Assembly (NCBI GenBank): GCA_012295275.1
Contig: CM022668.1
Location: 5,022,001 to 5,086,000 of the forward strand
DNA: 64,000 bases
Direction: 5' to 3'
Source: Chrysomallon squamiferum
Taxonomy: Eukaryota; Animalia; Mollusca
Each line of letters opens with the position of its first letter. Position 1 is the stretch's first letter. Under the pieces are notes generated by a model. The model was not told the origin of the DNA. It was given only the letters and a program-made list of their open reading frames with translations, and made no database searches. Positions 44,895 through 62,494 of the stretch are shown here, piece by piece. The position numbers and the translations under genes are program-made.

Positions 44895-45086
44895 AGAGCA
44901 GTGATGTTTCCTTTTACGTCCGCGTAACTCTCATTAACCTTGATTTATTTCCATTTTAGAACGTTCTATAGTTTCCTCTAGAAAGAAATTAAAGATGTTC
45001 ATCTTTCAAGCACGCCTGTCAATTTTCTTACTGAGGTGACTGAACTTAATGTCATACATCTATTTGCACTTTCTAATTCCACTGTC

Positions 45087-45119
<33 letters not shown>

Positions 45120-45254
45120 CCGACTTGGGCTAGAAGACAAACCCAAGCAGGAAAATTCATTCATGTTAATGATAATAATTCAATAAAAATATGAAAATAT
45201 TATTTCTATTTATTTTTCTATCTGATTGTATTTTTTTCTGGCCTTAATTTTTAA

Positions 45255-45307
<53 letters not shown>

Positions 45308-46456
45308 TTTCAAAGTAAGATTAAATTAGTGACAATAATTATTTTCTTAGTATTATTTGCTTGACAGTTATTTTCACAATGAAATATATATTATATTATT
45401 TGCAACTCCACCAAGAGAACTGAAGTTAGAAAATAATAATAACTGCAGCGGAGGCAGTTTAAACAAACTGGTAATGTGTATTGTAGTGTTAATTTAATTC
45501 CAAATTACTAATGTGAGCTATTTCTGAATCGACATACCAAGGTTCCATCAGGAACAGAGGAAACAATCAGTGAGTTATAAACACGGTGACGTCAAAACTA
45601 TACAAGTCTGTATAGGACCAGTTTCTTGAGCACTAACACATAATAAATTTGTGTGATAACAAAACTGAAATCTTACAGCGTCTTACTCATTGCAAGACTC
45701 TAAGCTTGCAGTAGATTTTTCAGCTGATGTCTAAATGCAGCTCTAGAAATAAAGTAACAACTGTCAGGATGCTGCTAGGGTCTTCTCTCGCCAGATGGCG
45801 CTGTTTATCATTGTATTGTTGCTGTTGCCACTAATTCCACTACTACTACTACTAGTACTATCATCACTAACACCAACACCAGTGCCAACATTAGTCATAC
45901 TGATACTACTAATACCACTACAACTACTGTTACTACTACTTCTACTGCTATACTATTTATACAATTTCTATATTACTACTATATTACTACAACTGCTTCA
46001 TTATTACTGCTATAACTGAAAACACTACTACTATTGCTGCTACTACGCTACAATCATATATGTCGTAGTTTGCAGAATTTTCAGCGATTGAAAAAAACAT
46101 ACAGTAATGATATCTCACGATATATTAACAATTACAGCATTCGTCAACAATTTAATAGTAATAAAAACAAATAGAATTACAGCTGATGAAGGTATATTTT
46201 ATTACAGGTAAAAGTAAATTTTATTACAGGTCAAGCGGAAATTTTATTACAGGTAAAAATATATTTTATTACAGGTAAAATATATATTTTATTATAAGTA
46301 AATCATTGTTTTATTGCACGCGAAAGTATATTTTATTCCAGTTAAACATTTATTTTATTACAGTTAAAAGTATAGTTTTGTACCAATACAAATATGAAAT
46401 CAAAATTGTTTTTCTGTATCGAACTGTTGATTTGGTTTGTTCTCAAATGCCTGTTT

Positions 46457-49400
46457 TCATGGTGAATCTGAAGAAAGAAAAGTCATAAAAGACAACAACA
46501 ACAACAACAAAATGATAATAATAAATATATATATATATAAATAAATAAATAAATAAATAAATAAGTCGATATTTCTATCGCGATACAGATACTTGAATGA
46601 TGGGCCTGTAGATAGAACGTTGAACGTAGACAGGTATGTTTATATGTATATGTATGCATGTTTATATTTAAAGACTGTGTATATATCTGTATATTAGTAC
46701 GAGAAAAGTATTTAAAAAAATAATACTTACACGTTGTAGGTTCTACAATATAAGATAGAAATAAAATACAGAAGAAATGTCTCAATTTTTGAGAAACGTT
46801 TTCAATGAATAAAATATATGTTTTGTGTTTTGCATATTATAAAGCCTATTATTTTATTTTGTCAAATGTGACTGCGATTAATCTGGTCTGTTATGCATTA
46901 GTTTATGTAGAAATGCATCAGTGTACTTTGTATGTGCGTGAATGTATGTATGAACGTATATATGTATGAATGTATGTATGTATGTATGTATATATGTATG
47001 TATGTATGAATCTATGTATGTATTATGAATCTATGTATGTATGTATGAATGTATGTATATATGAATGTCCGTATGTATGTGTGTATGAATGTATGTATGT
47101 ATGTATGTATGTATGTATATATATGTATTATGTATGCATGTATGAATGTATGTATGTATGTATATATGCATGTATGAATATATGTATGTATGAATGTATG
47201 TATGTATATATGCATATTTATGTTCAAATACTGTGTATATATCTGCATACTAGTACGGAGAAAATTATTTCAAAACATAATACTTACTCGTCGTACCTTC
47301 TACAATATGAAAGAGAAATAAAACACATCAGAAATATGTCTAAGTTTTTAGAACGTTTTCTAATGTATAGTATGTTATGTTATTATTTTGCATATTAGAA
47401 ACTCTATTATTTTATACTGTCAAATGTTAGTGCGATAAAATTGATTTATGATGCATCAGTTTATGGAAAACTGGATAAATGTACGTTTGTGTATTTCTAT
47501 ATATATATATATAGGCCTATGCATTCATATTTTCTTAAATATAGTGTGTTTATCTAATTACTCGTTGTAGGTGCTACAAAATAAGATAGAAATAAAATAC
47601 ACCAGAAAAGTCTCAATAAGACATATTTCTAGTGTTTTGCATATTATAAACACTATTTTTTCATATTGTGAAATGTAAGTGCGATAAAATTTATTTATTT
47701 TGCATCAGTTTATATACAAATGCATGAATGTACATTTGTATGTATGAACATTTGTTTATATGTCTGTATATATCTATGTATGTATGTATATATGTATATA
47801 TGTATGTATGTATGTATATATGTATATATGCATGTATGAATATATGTATGTATGAATGTATGTATGTATATATATATATATATGCATATTTATGTTCAAA
47901 TACTGTGTATGTATCGGCATAAGAATACAGAGAAAATTGTTTCTAAAAATAATTAATAAATACTTACGAGTTGTAGGTTCTACAATATAAGATAGAAATA
48001 AAATACAGAAGAAATGTCTCAATTTTGAGAAACTTTTTCAATGAATAAAATATATTTGTTTGTGTTTTGCATATTATAAAGCCTATTATTTTATTTTGTC
48101 AAATGTTACTGCGATTAAACTGGTTTGTTATGCATCAGTTTATGTAGAAATGCATCAATGTGCGTTTGTGTGTGTGTGTGTATGTATGTATGAATATATG
48201 TATACATGTATGTATGTATGTATGTATATATATGTATGTATGTATGAATGTATTATGTGTGTATGAATGTATGTATGTATGTATGTATGTATATATGCAT
48301 GTATGAATATATGTATGTATGAATGTATGTATGTATGTATGAATATATGTATACATGTATGTATGTATGTATATAGGTATGTGTATATATATATGTATGT
48401 ATGTATGAATGTATGTATGTATGTATGTATATATGCATGTATGAATATATGTATGTATGAATGTATGAATGTATGAATGTATGAATGTATGAATGTATGT
48501 ATGTATATATGTATATGCATATTTAAGTTCAAATACTGTGTATGTATCGGCATAAGAATACAGAGAAAATTGTTTCTAAAAATAATTAATAAATACTTAC
48601 GAGTTGTAGTTTCTGCAATATAAGATAGAAATAAAATACAGAAGAAATGTCTCAATTTTGAGAAACTTTTTCAATTAATAAAATATATTTTTTGTGTTTT
48701 GCATATTATAAAGCCTATTATTTTATTTTGTCAAATGTGACTGCGATTAATCTGGTCTGTTATGCATTAGTTTATGTAGAAATGCATCAGTGTACGTTTG
48801 TATATGCGTGTATGTATGTATGAACGTATATATGTATGAATGTATGTATGTATGTATATATGTATGTATGTATGAATCTATGTATGTATTGTGAATCTAT
48901 GTATGTATGTATGAATGTATGTATATATGAATGTCCGTATGTATGTGTGTATGAATGTATGTATGTATGTATGTATATATATATGTATTATGTATGCATG
49001 TATGAATGTATGTATGTATGTATATAAGCATGTATGAATATATGTATGTATGAATGTATGTATGTATATATGCATATTTATGTTCAAATACTGTGTATAT
49101 ATCTGCATACTAGTACGGAGAAAATTATTTCAAAACATAATACTTACTCGTCGTACCTTCTACAATATGAAAGAGAAATAAAACACATCAGAAATATGTC
49201 TAAGTTTTTAGAACGTTTTCTAATGTATAGTATGTAATGTTATTATTTTGCATATTAGAAACTCTATTATTTTATACTGTCAAATGTTAGTGCGATAAAA
49301 TTGATTTATGATGCATCAGTTTATGGAAAACTGGATAAATGTACATTTGTGTGTGTGTGTGTGTGTGTGTATATACATGCAAGTGTGTTTGTAGGCCTAT

Positions 49401-50587
49401 GCATCCATATTTATCTTAAATAAAGTGTGTTTATCTAATTACTCGTTGTAGGTGCTACAAAATAAGATAGAAATAAAATACACCAGAAAAGTCTCAATAA
49501 GACATATTTTTAGTGTTTTGCATATTATAAACACTAATGTTTCATATTGTGAAATGTAAGTGCGATAAAATTTATTTATTTTGCATCACTTTATATACAA
49601 ATGCATGAATGTATATTTGTATGTATGAACATTTGTTTATATGTCTGTATATATCTATGTATGTATGTATATATGTATATATGTATGTATGTATGTATGT
49701 ATATATGTATATATGTATGTATGTATGTATGTATATGCATATTTATATTCAAATACTGTGTATGTATCGGCATAAGAATACAGAGAAAATTGTTTCTAAA
49801 AATAATTAATAAATACTTACGAGTTGTAGTTTCTGCAATATAAGATAGAAATAAAATACAGAAGAAATGTCTCAATTTTGAGAAACTTTTTCAATGAATA
49901 AAATATATTGTTTTGTGTTTTGCATATTATAAAGCCTATTATTTTATTTTGTCAAATGTTACTGCGATTAAACTGGTTTGTTATGCATCAGTGTATGTAG
50001 AAATGCATCAATGTGCGTTTGTGTTTGTGTGTGTATGTATGTATGTATGAATATATGTATACATGTATGTATGTATATATGTATGTATATATATGTGTGT
50101 ATGAATGTATGTATGTATGTATGCATGTATGAATATATGTATGTATGAATGTATGTACGTATGTATGTATATATGCATGTATGAATATATGTATGTATGA
50201 ATATATGTATGTACGTATGTACGTATATATGTATATATAGTTATGTATGTATGTATGAATGTATGTATGTATGTGTATATATGTATGTATGTATGTATGT
50301 ATATATGTATATGCATGCTTATGTTCATATACTGTGTATGTATCTGCATATTAGTACGAGAAAAGTATTTCAAAAAATAATACTTACTCGTCGTACCTTC
50401 TACAATATGAAAGAGAAAAATAAAACACATCAGAAATAAGACTAAGTTTTTAGAACGTTTTCTAATGTATAGCATGTAATGTTATTATTTTGCATATTAG
50501 AAACTCTATTATTTTATACTGTCAAATGTTAGTGCGATAAAACTGATTTATGATGCATCAGTTTATGGAAAACTGGATAAATGTACA

Positions 50588-50681
<94 letters not shown>

Positions 50682-52610
50682 TGTGTGCTTGTAGGCCTAT
50701 GCATGCATATTTATCTTAAATAAAGTGTGTTTATCTAATTACTCGTTGTAGGTGCTACAAAATAAGATAGAAATAAAATACACCAGAAAAGTCTCAATAA
50801 AATATATTTTTAGTGTTTTGCATATTATAAAGCCTATTATTTTATTTTGTCAAATGTTACTGCGATTAAACTGGTTTATTATGCATCAGTTTATGTAGAA
50901 ATGCATCAATGTGCGTTTTTGTGTGTGTATGTATGTATGAATATATGTATACATGTATGTATGTATGTATGTATGTATGTATATATGCATGTATGAATAT
51001 ATGTATGTATGAATGTATGAATGTATATATGTATACATGTATATGCATATTTATGTTCAAATACTGTGTATGTAGCTGCATAAGAATACAGAGAAAATTG
51101 TTTCTAAAAATAATTAATAAATACTCACGCGTTGTAGTTTCTGCAATATAAGATAGAAATAAAATACAGAAGAAATGTCTCAATTTTGAGAAACTTTTTC
51201 AATGAATAAAATATATTGTTTTGTGTTTTGCATATTATAAAGCCTATTATTTTATTTTGTCAAATGTTACTGCGATTAAACTGGTTTGTTATGCATCAGT
51301 TTATGTAGAAATGCATCAATGTGCGTTTGTGTGTGTGTATGTATGTATGTATGAATATGTGTATACATGTATGTATGTATATATGTATGTATATATATGT
51401 ATGTATGTATTATGCATGTATGAATGTATATATGTATGTATGTATATATGCATGTATGAATATATGTATGTATGAATGTATGTATGTATGTATATATGTA
51501 TGTATGTATGTATATATGCATGTATGAATATATGTATGTATGAATGTATGTATGTATGTATATATGCATGTATGAATATATGTATGTATGAATGTATGTA
51601 TGTATGTATGCATATATGCATGTATGAATATATGTATGTATGAATGTATGTATGTATGTATGAATGTATGTATGTATGTATGTGTGTATATATTTATGTA
51701 TATATGTATATGCATGCATATGTTCAAATACTGTGTATGTATCTGCATATTAGTACGAAGAAAATTATTTCAAAAAATAATACTTACTGGTCGTACCTTC
51801 TACAATATGAAAGAGAAATAAAACACATCAGAAATAAGTCTAAGTTTTTAGAACGTTTTCTAATGTATAACATATAATGTTATTATTTTGCATATTAGAA
51901 ACTCTATTATTTTATACTGTCAAATGTTAGTGCGATAAAACTGATTTGTTATGCATCAGTTAATACATCAATGTACGTTTGTGTGTATGTATGTATATAT
52001 GTATGTATGTATGTATGTTTTTATGTCTGTATGTATGTATATGTATCCATTCTTATGTTCAAATTGTGTGTGTATATCTGCATACTAATACGGAGAAAAT
52101 TAGTTAAAAAACATAATACTCACTCATCGAAAGTGCTACAATATAAAAGAGAAATAAAATTCATCAGAAATGTTTCAATTTTAAGAAACTTTTCCAATTA
52201 ATAAAACATATTTTTAATATTTTGCATATACAAACTATTATAAATAAACTGTCTAATGTAAAACTGATTTATTACAAATGCATGACTGTTCGTTTGTGTA
52301 TATGTATATATGGATGTATGTATATATATATGTATGTATGTATGTGTGAGAGAGACAGAATTCCTTACCTTGTGCTTCACAGTCGTCTAACTCCTGTTTC
52401 AGACAGTCAAGTTTCACTTGCAACATTTCAATTCTGAAATATAGAAATTGTTCATTAAGCTCTAAGTACTTTTTTTCCACTTGGCTATTATTGCTTTTCC
52501 GTGAGGTGGGGGGTGGGGAATGTAGCCTGAAATTCATTTTGTGTTATTACTCTTTGAGCGTATTTTAGAAAATACTGTGAAATAACAACTTCTTCTTTTA
52601 CTGGTGTATT

Positions 52611-52678
<68 letters not shown>

Positions 52679-54296
52679 GAATTTAATGTGTTTAGGTTAA
52701 CAGCAGGAGTAGAGTTAAGAAATACTTGGTCGACGTCTTCATGTAGAGGGTTGTCATGATTGCTCTTAAGTTTGTTTCAGAGTTGCTTGGGGAAAAAAAT
52801 ACAGTTTGCTGATTTGACACGCATGGTTTGACGTCCTTACTGTTGTGTTGAGGCTATACATTTTATAACAAGAACATCAAGAACAATATTAAGAATAGTA
52901 ATAATAATAGTTGTAGTAGTTCTACTCATGGCTGGACTCATATGTTGATGGCCTCGGGCACTTCCGTAATAATGACTCATCAAAACCGACAAAATAAATA
53001 ATAATAATAATAACAATAACAATAACAATAATAACAATAATAATAATAACAATAATAATAACAATAATAATAATAGCAATAATAATAACAATAATAACAA
53101 TAATAATAATAATAATAACAATAATAATAACAATAATAATAATAACAACAACAACAATAATAATAATAATAATAATAATAGCAATAATAATAACAATAAT
53201 AATAATAATAACAACAATAATAATAATATCAATAATGGTATTAGTACTAGCAGTAGTAGCAACAGAAAGAGTAGTAGTAGTAATAACAGTAATAATAATA
53301 AAAATAATTAAAATTAATGATATACTATTTTAAGTTTGTAGCTTGTACGACACTTGATGGAATGAAATCATGCACATAACTGTGAAATTTTAATTATTAT
53401 TATTATTTTATTTTTTCCTTTTTTCCTTTATTTATTTATTTATTTATTTATTTTTATTTATTTTTTATTATTATTATTATTTATTCTTATTGTTTTAATT
53501 TTTGAAAGCTGCATAATATATTAATTATGGTCTTCGCAGTCAAAAATTAATTAAAAAATATGTTTCTTCTTTTCTCTTCGGTTCACAACCAACAAAAAAA
53601 TATTTTTATACATCACTCTCCACTAGAACGCATAACAACAGAGAGAGCAAGTCAGAAATACATTCCTGGCAGGTACATGTTTAGAATGGGATAAGTAGCC
53701 AAATATTCAAATCAAACATTACATAGATAACCTGAACTGACCAATCATTCGTCACATATGTCATATTATGTCACACATACGTGAAATATCACACATATGC
53801 CATACATAACATATATGAAGCACACTGCAGTATCTGTGGAAAGACTTTCTACATTTTGCAACTGCAAAAGTTTTAAATAATTTATCAAATACAATGATCA
53901 TGAGATTCCTGCCTTCGATATACTAGAAGTGGCACTTGTTGTAGTGGTAATGGTGGTACTAACATTAGTTTTAATACTTGTTGAGTAAAAGTAGCAGTAA
54001 TAATATTAGTAGAGGTAGCTGTAATAGTCGTGATAGTATTTGTTGTAGTAGATGCATAGAAATAATGGTAGCGGTCGTTGTAATAGCAGAAAGACCTGAC
54101 ACCTATGATGATATCATAGTGAGAAGAACTGTATATACAAAATTAAAACAAAATAAGTAATTTACCTTGTACTGCAGCTTTCATATCCCTCGTGTCCCTC
54201 GTGTCCCTCATGTCCCCACCCCCAGTGTTCAAGGTGTGACTCTGCTACAGTCAGACATGTTAGAACCAACACGCAAATAATCAGAACAGACTTCAT
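46457..54296 (-). CDS. Gene B (paralog of A), 120 aa: [120 protein letters not shown]
   Basis: Exons 54296-54166 and 52433-52369, then 12-nt exons at 52124-35, 51788-99, 51129-40, 50743-54, 50388-99, 49821-32, 49443-54, 49148-59, 48601-12, 47968-79, 47562-73, 47288-99 and 46731-42, then terminal 46467-46457. All are AG/GT and the frame is open. Confidence 0.85.
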
Positions 54297-55214
54297 TTTC
54301 TGTCTTTTCTCTTTCAGGACTTTGACCAGCTCTGTGGACACTGGAAATGTGAGAATTTATAAACCATTTCATTTGTCAACGTGTACAGTGGAAAAATACC
54401 ACGTAGATTTTAAAAATATTTAATTAAGTTTTGTTTATCTACTCCCTGGAGAGTTACACCTGTGATCTTTCGATTTAATACCAATTTGTTATTGAAAATG
54501 TCTTTCATTTTGTGTTTACTTTCAGCCACCCACCGTTTTCCTATCTATGACCTCGAACGAGATAAACAGTAAGTAACAGCAGCGAAATCAACAGTTCCTA
54601 TAAATTGTTTACAATTTATTTATTAATTTAGTTTTTGTTTTAGTTTTATTATAATTTTTATTTAAAATTATTTTGTTTATTGTAAATCTTTTTACTATTA
54701 TTATTACTATTGTGTTGTTGAATCTGTTGTTTCTTGAGAACAAAAATACGCTATTTCTTTCTATTTCAAGTCATTATATACGGCATGTAATTGAAGGGCT
54801 TTTTGTGTTGTTCTTTGATCTTCTTATATATATATCTTTAATTTCTTCCTACTACTAAATTTATACTTGTGTTAAAGAAACATTATCTCTCGTCTTCATT
54901 GTCTTTCTACTACTTAATATATACTTGTGTCAAAGAACAAATATTTGTTTCATCTTCGTTGCTAGTAAAATTATATTTGTGATGGATAAACATTCTCTCT
55001 TTCATCTTCATTGTCTCTCTAAATTTAAACGTGTGTTAAAGAAACGCTATCACTTTCATCATCATTATCTTTCTGCTACGGGATTTATACCTGTGTTATA
55101 GAAATACTATCACTTTGATCTCCGTTGTATTTCGACTATTAAATTTTTACTTCTATTATAAAAACACCATCATTTCCATTTTTTTAAAAATAAAAATAAA
55201 AAAATAAAAATAAT

Positions 55215-55820
55215 TATTCGTTCTGATTTCGGTCAACTGGCTTATGAAATGATCTTGAATAAATAACAGTGTTTCCGAGAAACATCAAAAGAAATCAATA
55301 ACTATCAGCACCTATTGATTAAACAAATATGTGAAATATACCCAGATGTTTGGACTAACACATTCACCCAAACCCACGTTCACTTTCATAATAAGTACCC
55401 ACACACCAAACTCTGTAAATACATCTGCAAATAGACGCGCTGGTTTTGTTAGAAATACAGATTACCTTTTTCTTTATTATTTATCCAAAATATCTGAAAC
55501 AAAACTCATTCTTAGTTATCCTTGATACTGATTCCATGTACACCAATAGAAACATAGACACGGACATAGAGTCTGTTGAGAGAGCATTTGAAAAATACTC
55601 AGATACGGACAGACTAAGAGAAAACACTACAGACTTATCTTTGTTAAGGTTAAAAGGTATCGACTTTGAAGTTAACGGAGAAATATATTGGCGGGATTAA
55701 AGTTTTGTGATTGGCAAACATTTCAGGGCAGAGTTTGCTTCTATTTATATGGCAAAACTCGAACAAAGGGTTTTAAACAGAGGAACCAAAATTCTATTTT
55801 CCGATCTGAGATCATTCGAT
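55215..55820 (+). mobile_element. Penelope-like RT fragment (duplicate of 12330-12945)
   Basis: NSFLVILDTDSMYTN...LRLKGIDFEVNGEIYW. Confidence 0.65.
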
Positions 55821-56598
55821 AGTTCGAGTCTCGTCAGCGGCATCTGACGGGATTTCCCGAACTGTTATTACACTTTGTCCTCTTTCTATCTCTGTTTCAC
55901 ACATTTTTCTATTAGTCTGGGATTCTTTCATACCGATTCCTCATCTTTTTTCTCACATTTTCTTTTTTATCTAACCTCTGTTAGGGTTTCTCTGTTACAG
56001 ATTCTCTCTGCTGGTTTTTCTTTTTCCCTCGTACTTTCCTTGCGTTTATTGGTGAAATAAACTACCTTAAGAAAACGTGTACCCCGATCGCCTGCGATAC
56101 AAAGACATAGACACTGACAGATGAGACAGCTGTACAAACAGAAAAACAGAACAAGAACTATCACAACAACGATAAACAGACCACTACCAATAACCATAAG
56201 AATAAATAAAATAAAATAATAATAAATAACATATTAAAATTAAAGTAAAATTAAATAAACAAATAAATCAATAAATGAGAAGTTGAAATGTTTCGAAGAT
56301 CGATTTTCTTCAGTTGTTTACTCTGTTATATCCCGCAAAGACCATCAAAACTAAAACCGGTGGGTAGCTGAATATAAACTGAGAACAATTAATAGTTGTA
56401 GTCTGTAACAGATTTCAATGAAATTAGAAAATGGCACATGCTGCTCTCGAGCAAATGAAAACAGAACAGAACATTTAATTAAACTTTTATTTCACTCTGT
56501 ACACGTAGTCGAAAGAAACAAGCAATTGTAAATCTCACATTTCCAGTATACACACAGTTCGACAAAATCGTCACTACAGGAAATAGATTTAGCTGAAA

Positions 56599-56685
56599 AT
56601 GAAATATTTTCTGATTATTTGTTTGTTGATTCTAATATGTCTGATTATAGCAGAGTCATACCTTGAAAGCTGTAGTCAAAACTAA
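56599..56685 (+). pseudogene. Truncated exon-1 copy MKYFLIICLLILICLIIAESYLESCSQN*
   Basis: Duplicate of 14205-14291 with the same lost donor. Confidence 0.7.
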
Positions 56686-56720
56686 GTTATTTAGTTTTTA
56701 TCTATTAAAATAATAATAAC

Positions 56721-56779
<59 letters not shown>

Positions 56780-57351
56780 AGATAAAAGATAAAGTGTTTT
56801 TTTAACACAAATATAAATTTATGAGAAGAAAGACAATGAAGAGGAAAGAGATGGTATTTCTTTAACACAAGTATAAATTTAATACTAGGACCATATATAA
56901 TAATAATACAAAAAATAATAATAATAATAACAACAACAACAACAACAACAATAAATAAAAAAGAATTACAATGAAGTAAATCAAATAATATTAAATAGAA
57001 ATTATAATAAAACTAAAGCAAAAACTAAATTAATAAATAAATTGTATGAAAATTAGAAGAGTTGTTTTCTACTGACGATTTTTTCGCTGCTGTTACTTAC
57101 TGTTTATCTCGTTCGAGGTCATAGATAGAAAAACTGTGGGTGCCTGAAAGTAAATGAAAGACGTTTACAATAACAAACTGGTATTAAATTGAATGATGAC
57201 AGGTATAAATCTCCAGGGAGTAGAAAAACAAAACTTAATTAAATATTTTTAAAATCTACGTTGATAAATAAAATAGTTTATAAGTCTCACATTTCCAGTG
57301 TTCACTGAGCTCGTCAAAGTCCTGACTTACAAGAAAGAGAAAAGACAGAAA

Positions 57352-59029
<1,678 letters not shown>

Positions 59030-59069
59030 GTAAGATATGAAACATTATCTTTAATTTGTTTTCTACATA

Positions 59070-59733
59070 TAGAAATATGTGATATTTATCCAGATGTTTA
59101 GATTAAAACATCCACACAAACACAGATTGACTTACATAATAATATACCAACATACCAAAATCTATCCATCCATTTGCAAATAGACACACTCATTTTGTTA
59201 AAAACACAAGTGACTTTTTTTAATTATTTATCCATTATATCTGAAACAAAATTCATTTTTAGTTATCCTTGATACTGATTTCATGTGCATTTATAGAAAC
59301 ATAGATGCAGACATAGATTCTGTTGCGAGAGCATTTGAAAAATACTCAGACACAGAAAGACTAACAGGAAACATTACAGAATTATTTGAATTAAGCTCAA
59401 AAGGTATCGACTTTGAATTTAACGGATAAATATATTGGCAGGTTTCAAGTTTTGTGATTGTCAAACATTTCAGAGCATAGTTTGCCTCTATTTATATCGC
59501 AAAACTGGAAGGAACGGTTTTAGACAGAGGAACCAAAATTCCATTTTCAGATGTCACATAATTGGATGGCATTCTTATTACTGCCAAAATTGTAAAGAAA
59601 ACGAGTTCTCAACTGAAAGAAACAGTCAGGGAACTAGAAAAGCCGTTGGAGCCAAAACATTTTTAGGACAAATTGAAAATCCACATCATATCCATACCGG
59701 ATCAACAACTATCTCAGTATTAATAATAATAGT

Positions 59734-59771
<38 letters not shown>

Positions 59772-60248
59772 GTAAATAAATAAATAAATAAATAATAAAT
59801 TAAAATTAAAATTAAATAAAATAAAAAATTAATAAACTATATATTTTCAGGCTTCATGGTATAATAAAGTCTGCATTCAGTAGTCAAGAAACGAAAGCTG
59901 AAAATCAAAATTAACTACTCTCGACTGTGATTTCAAAACTGTTTCCTTACTTCTAACATAAACCTTGTGTAAAAATAAATAAATAAATAAAATATGAGTA
60001 TGTTGGCCAAACAAAAATATGTTACGAGTAAGAACTGTTTGCCACAAATATGGTGTTAGGCATGAAGTTGGCATTCGTGTGGATAAACCTAATAATGAAC
60101 CTTCCCATATATTGAAAACATCATTTTGAAATAATACCATAAAGCAAACCGACTTACCGTTTCAAAACCGAACACAACCTTCTGGAATGGCACATTCCAA
60201 AGACAAAAAGCATTTGAAATTAATATTCTAACTGGCAAATATAGACAG
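59070..60248 (+). mobile_element. Penelope-like RT fragment (duplicate of 16745-17925)
   Basis: Colinear homology. Confidence 0.6.
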
Positions 60249-62494
60249 CATTTTTTTCACTTCTTCTTGTGAATTCTCTCCCGATGACTCTGTCTCAGAA
60301 CAGAAGTGCCACTTTTAAATATTACTGAAATGTGCGAACGTGACAAGAAAACAGATCACGTGATTCAGATCTGTGCAGATGGTAGCGTGCTGTTTAGTTT
60401 ACTATCAAAGGTGTTGTCAGTAAAAAAAATAATAATAATAATAAAAAGAAGCTTTTTCGTAATATTCGATACAAACAGTGATATGTGTTTTAGTTTAGTC
60501 TCAGAGTTGTCATGCTTTAAATAAATTATTTTGTTATCATCTTGTACCTGGTCTCATTGTATTTGAAAAAAAGAAACGGGTTATTTATTTATTTAGTTAT
60601 TTAGTTATTTAGTTATTTATTTGTTTATTTGTTTGTTTGTTTGTTTGTTTGTTTATTTTTGTGTTTGTTTTATTTTGTTACATCTTTATTTTCGTTTTTA
60701 AAATGTTTACTTGTTTCTATCTTTATGTATTATTTTTTCATTGTTTATCTCTCTATAATTCTTTCTTTTATTTTCTATCTCTGACTTTTCCTCTTTTTTC
60801 ACAATTTCTTTATTACTTCTTTTTCTATCTGTCTGTTTCCATCTTTCTATCTCTAACGCTTTTGTTTCTATCTTATTCTCTCAATCTTTCTGAGACTGTC
60901 TCTCTAAGTATCTATCTGTCTCTCTTTCTCACTTGTTCTTATTTTACTTTCTTAGCCTCTTTCTTCTGACAATCTAACAAACTAACACCAATACCCGTGT
61001 TCCTTGATTGTTTAAGTCAGATTCCATCGAATTTTAAATAGACGTATGTTTAAAAATATTTATCAGTTTTAAAGTAATGGACTTTTGTTGTTTTATTTTA
61101 AATATTTATTTTTCCCTTGATTTCAGTTTAAAAACAATACACAAAAAAACACCAAAAAAACACGAAATAAACAAAACAGCAACAAAAACCCAAAAAAAAG
61201 AAAAACGAAAATGAAAAAAGAAAAAACAGAAAAACAGAAATGTCAGTCTACCTATGTTCGAAAAAGTCAGTTGTCCTTGGTACACGGTGCCTGATTTTTC
61301 AGTAATAAAATATTTATCAACTGATCTGAGACCCATGCTGCTAACGTAGAATTAACTGTAGGTGACAGATGCTGAGTTTTCTGCGTATTACTATCTTAAA
61401 GTTTGTACTGTGTGACCGAATATATATGTCTGTATGTATATGTGTGCATGTATGTGTATGTATGTATGAATGTATGTATGTATGTGTGTATGTGTTTATG
61501 TGAGTATGTGTCTAAGCATTTATGTGTCTATGTATGTATTTATGTATGTATATATGTATGTGTGTATGTGTTTATGTTTGTATGTGTCTAAGTATTTGTA
61601 TGTATATATGTATATACCTATGAAATTATATATGTATGAATGTGTCTGTGTGTATGTATATATGTATGTGTTAATGTATGTGTATATGTATGTATTTATG
61701 TATGTGTGTATGTGTTTATGTTTCTATGTGTCTAAGCATTTATGTGTCTCTGCATGTATATATGTAAATATCTATGAAAGTATATATGTATGAATATGTC
61801 TGTGTGTATGTATGTATGTGTTAATTTATGTGTATATGTATGTATTTATGTATGTATGTATATATGTATGTATCTACGGTTTCTATTCTACTTCTTTGAC
61901 TTACTTACTAATAGTCTCTGAGAAAAGGAGAGTCAGTTTTTAATATTAAACAAATGTGGGTTATTTATATACGTACTCAGACTATGATCATTCTATTGTC
62001 TGTAAATAATAATAATAATAATAATATAATAATAATAATAATAATGATGATGATGATGATGATAACAAGACGAAGAAGAAGAAGAAGAAGAAAAATTTTG
62101 AATTTTAGTGATGTCTGTACAATATACTCTAAGAAAGGTCCTATGAAATATCTGTATATTGATTGTATTAGTTATCTCTCTTTATTTGTTCTCTCTCTCT
62201 TCCATGTCTATTCCTCTGTTTTCACCCGTATCTCTACATTTCGCTTTTCAGTCTTAGTTTCTCTACAATTCTGTGCCTTACTCACTCTGTTGGTGTCTCT
62301 TTTTGGGTCTCTTCTGAAATACCAATATAAATAATTATATTCATTAATTATTTATAACCTAGTTGGATTTTCTCAGTTTTCGATATGTTTAATACTACTT
62401 GCCAATTCTATAACAATAGCTTTCACTGCTTTATTTTGAATACTTAGTTTTCAGAGAAAAATAAACATTAGTCCACACGCGACCTACGTTCAGA

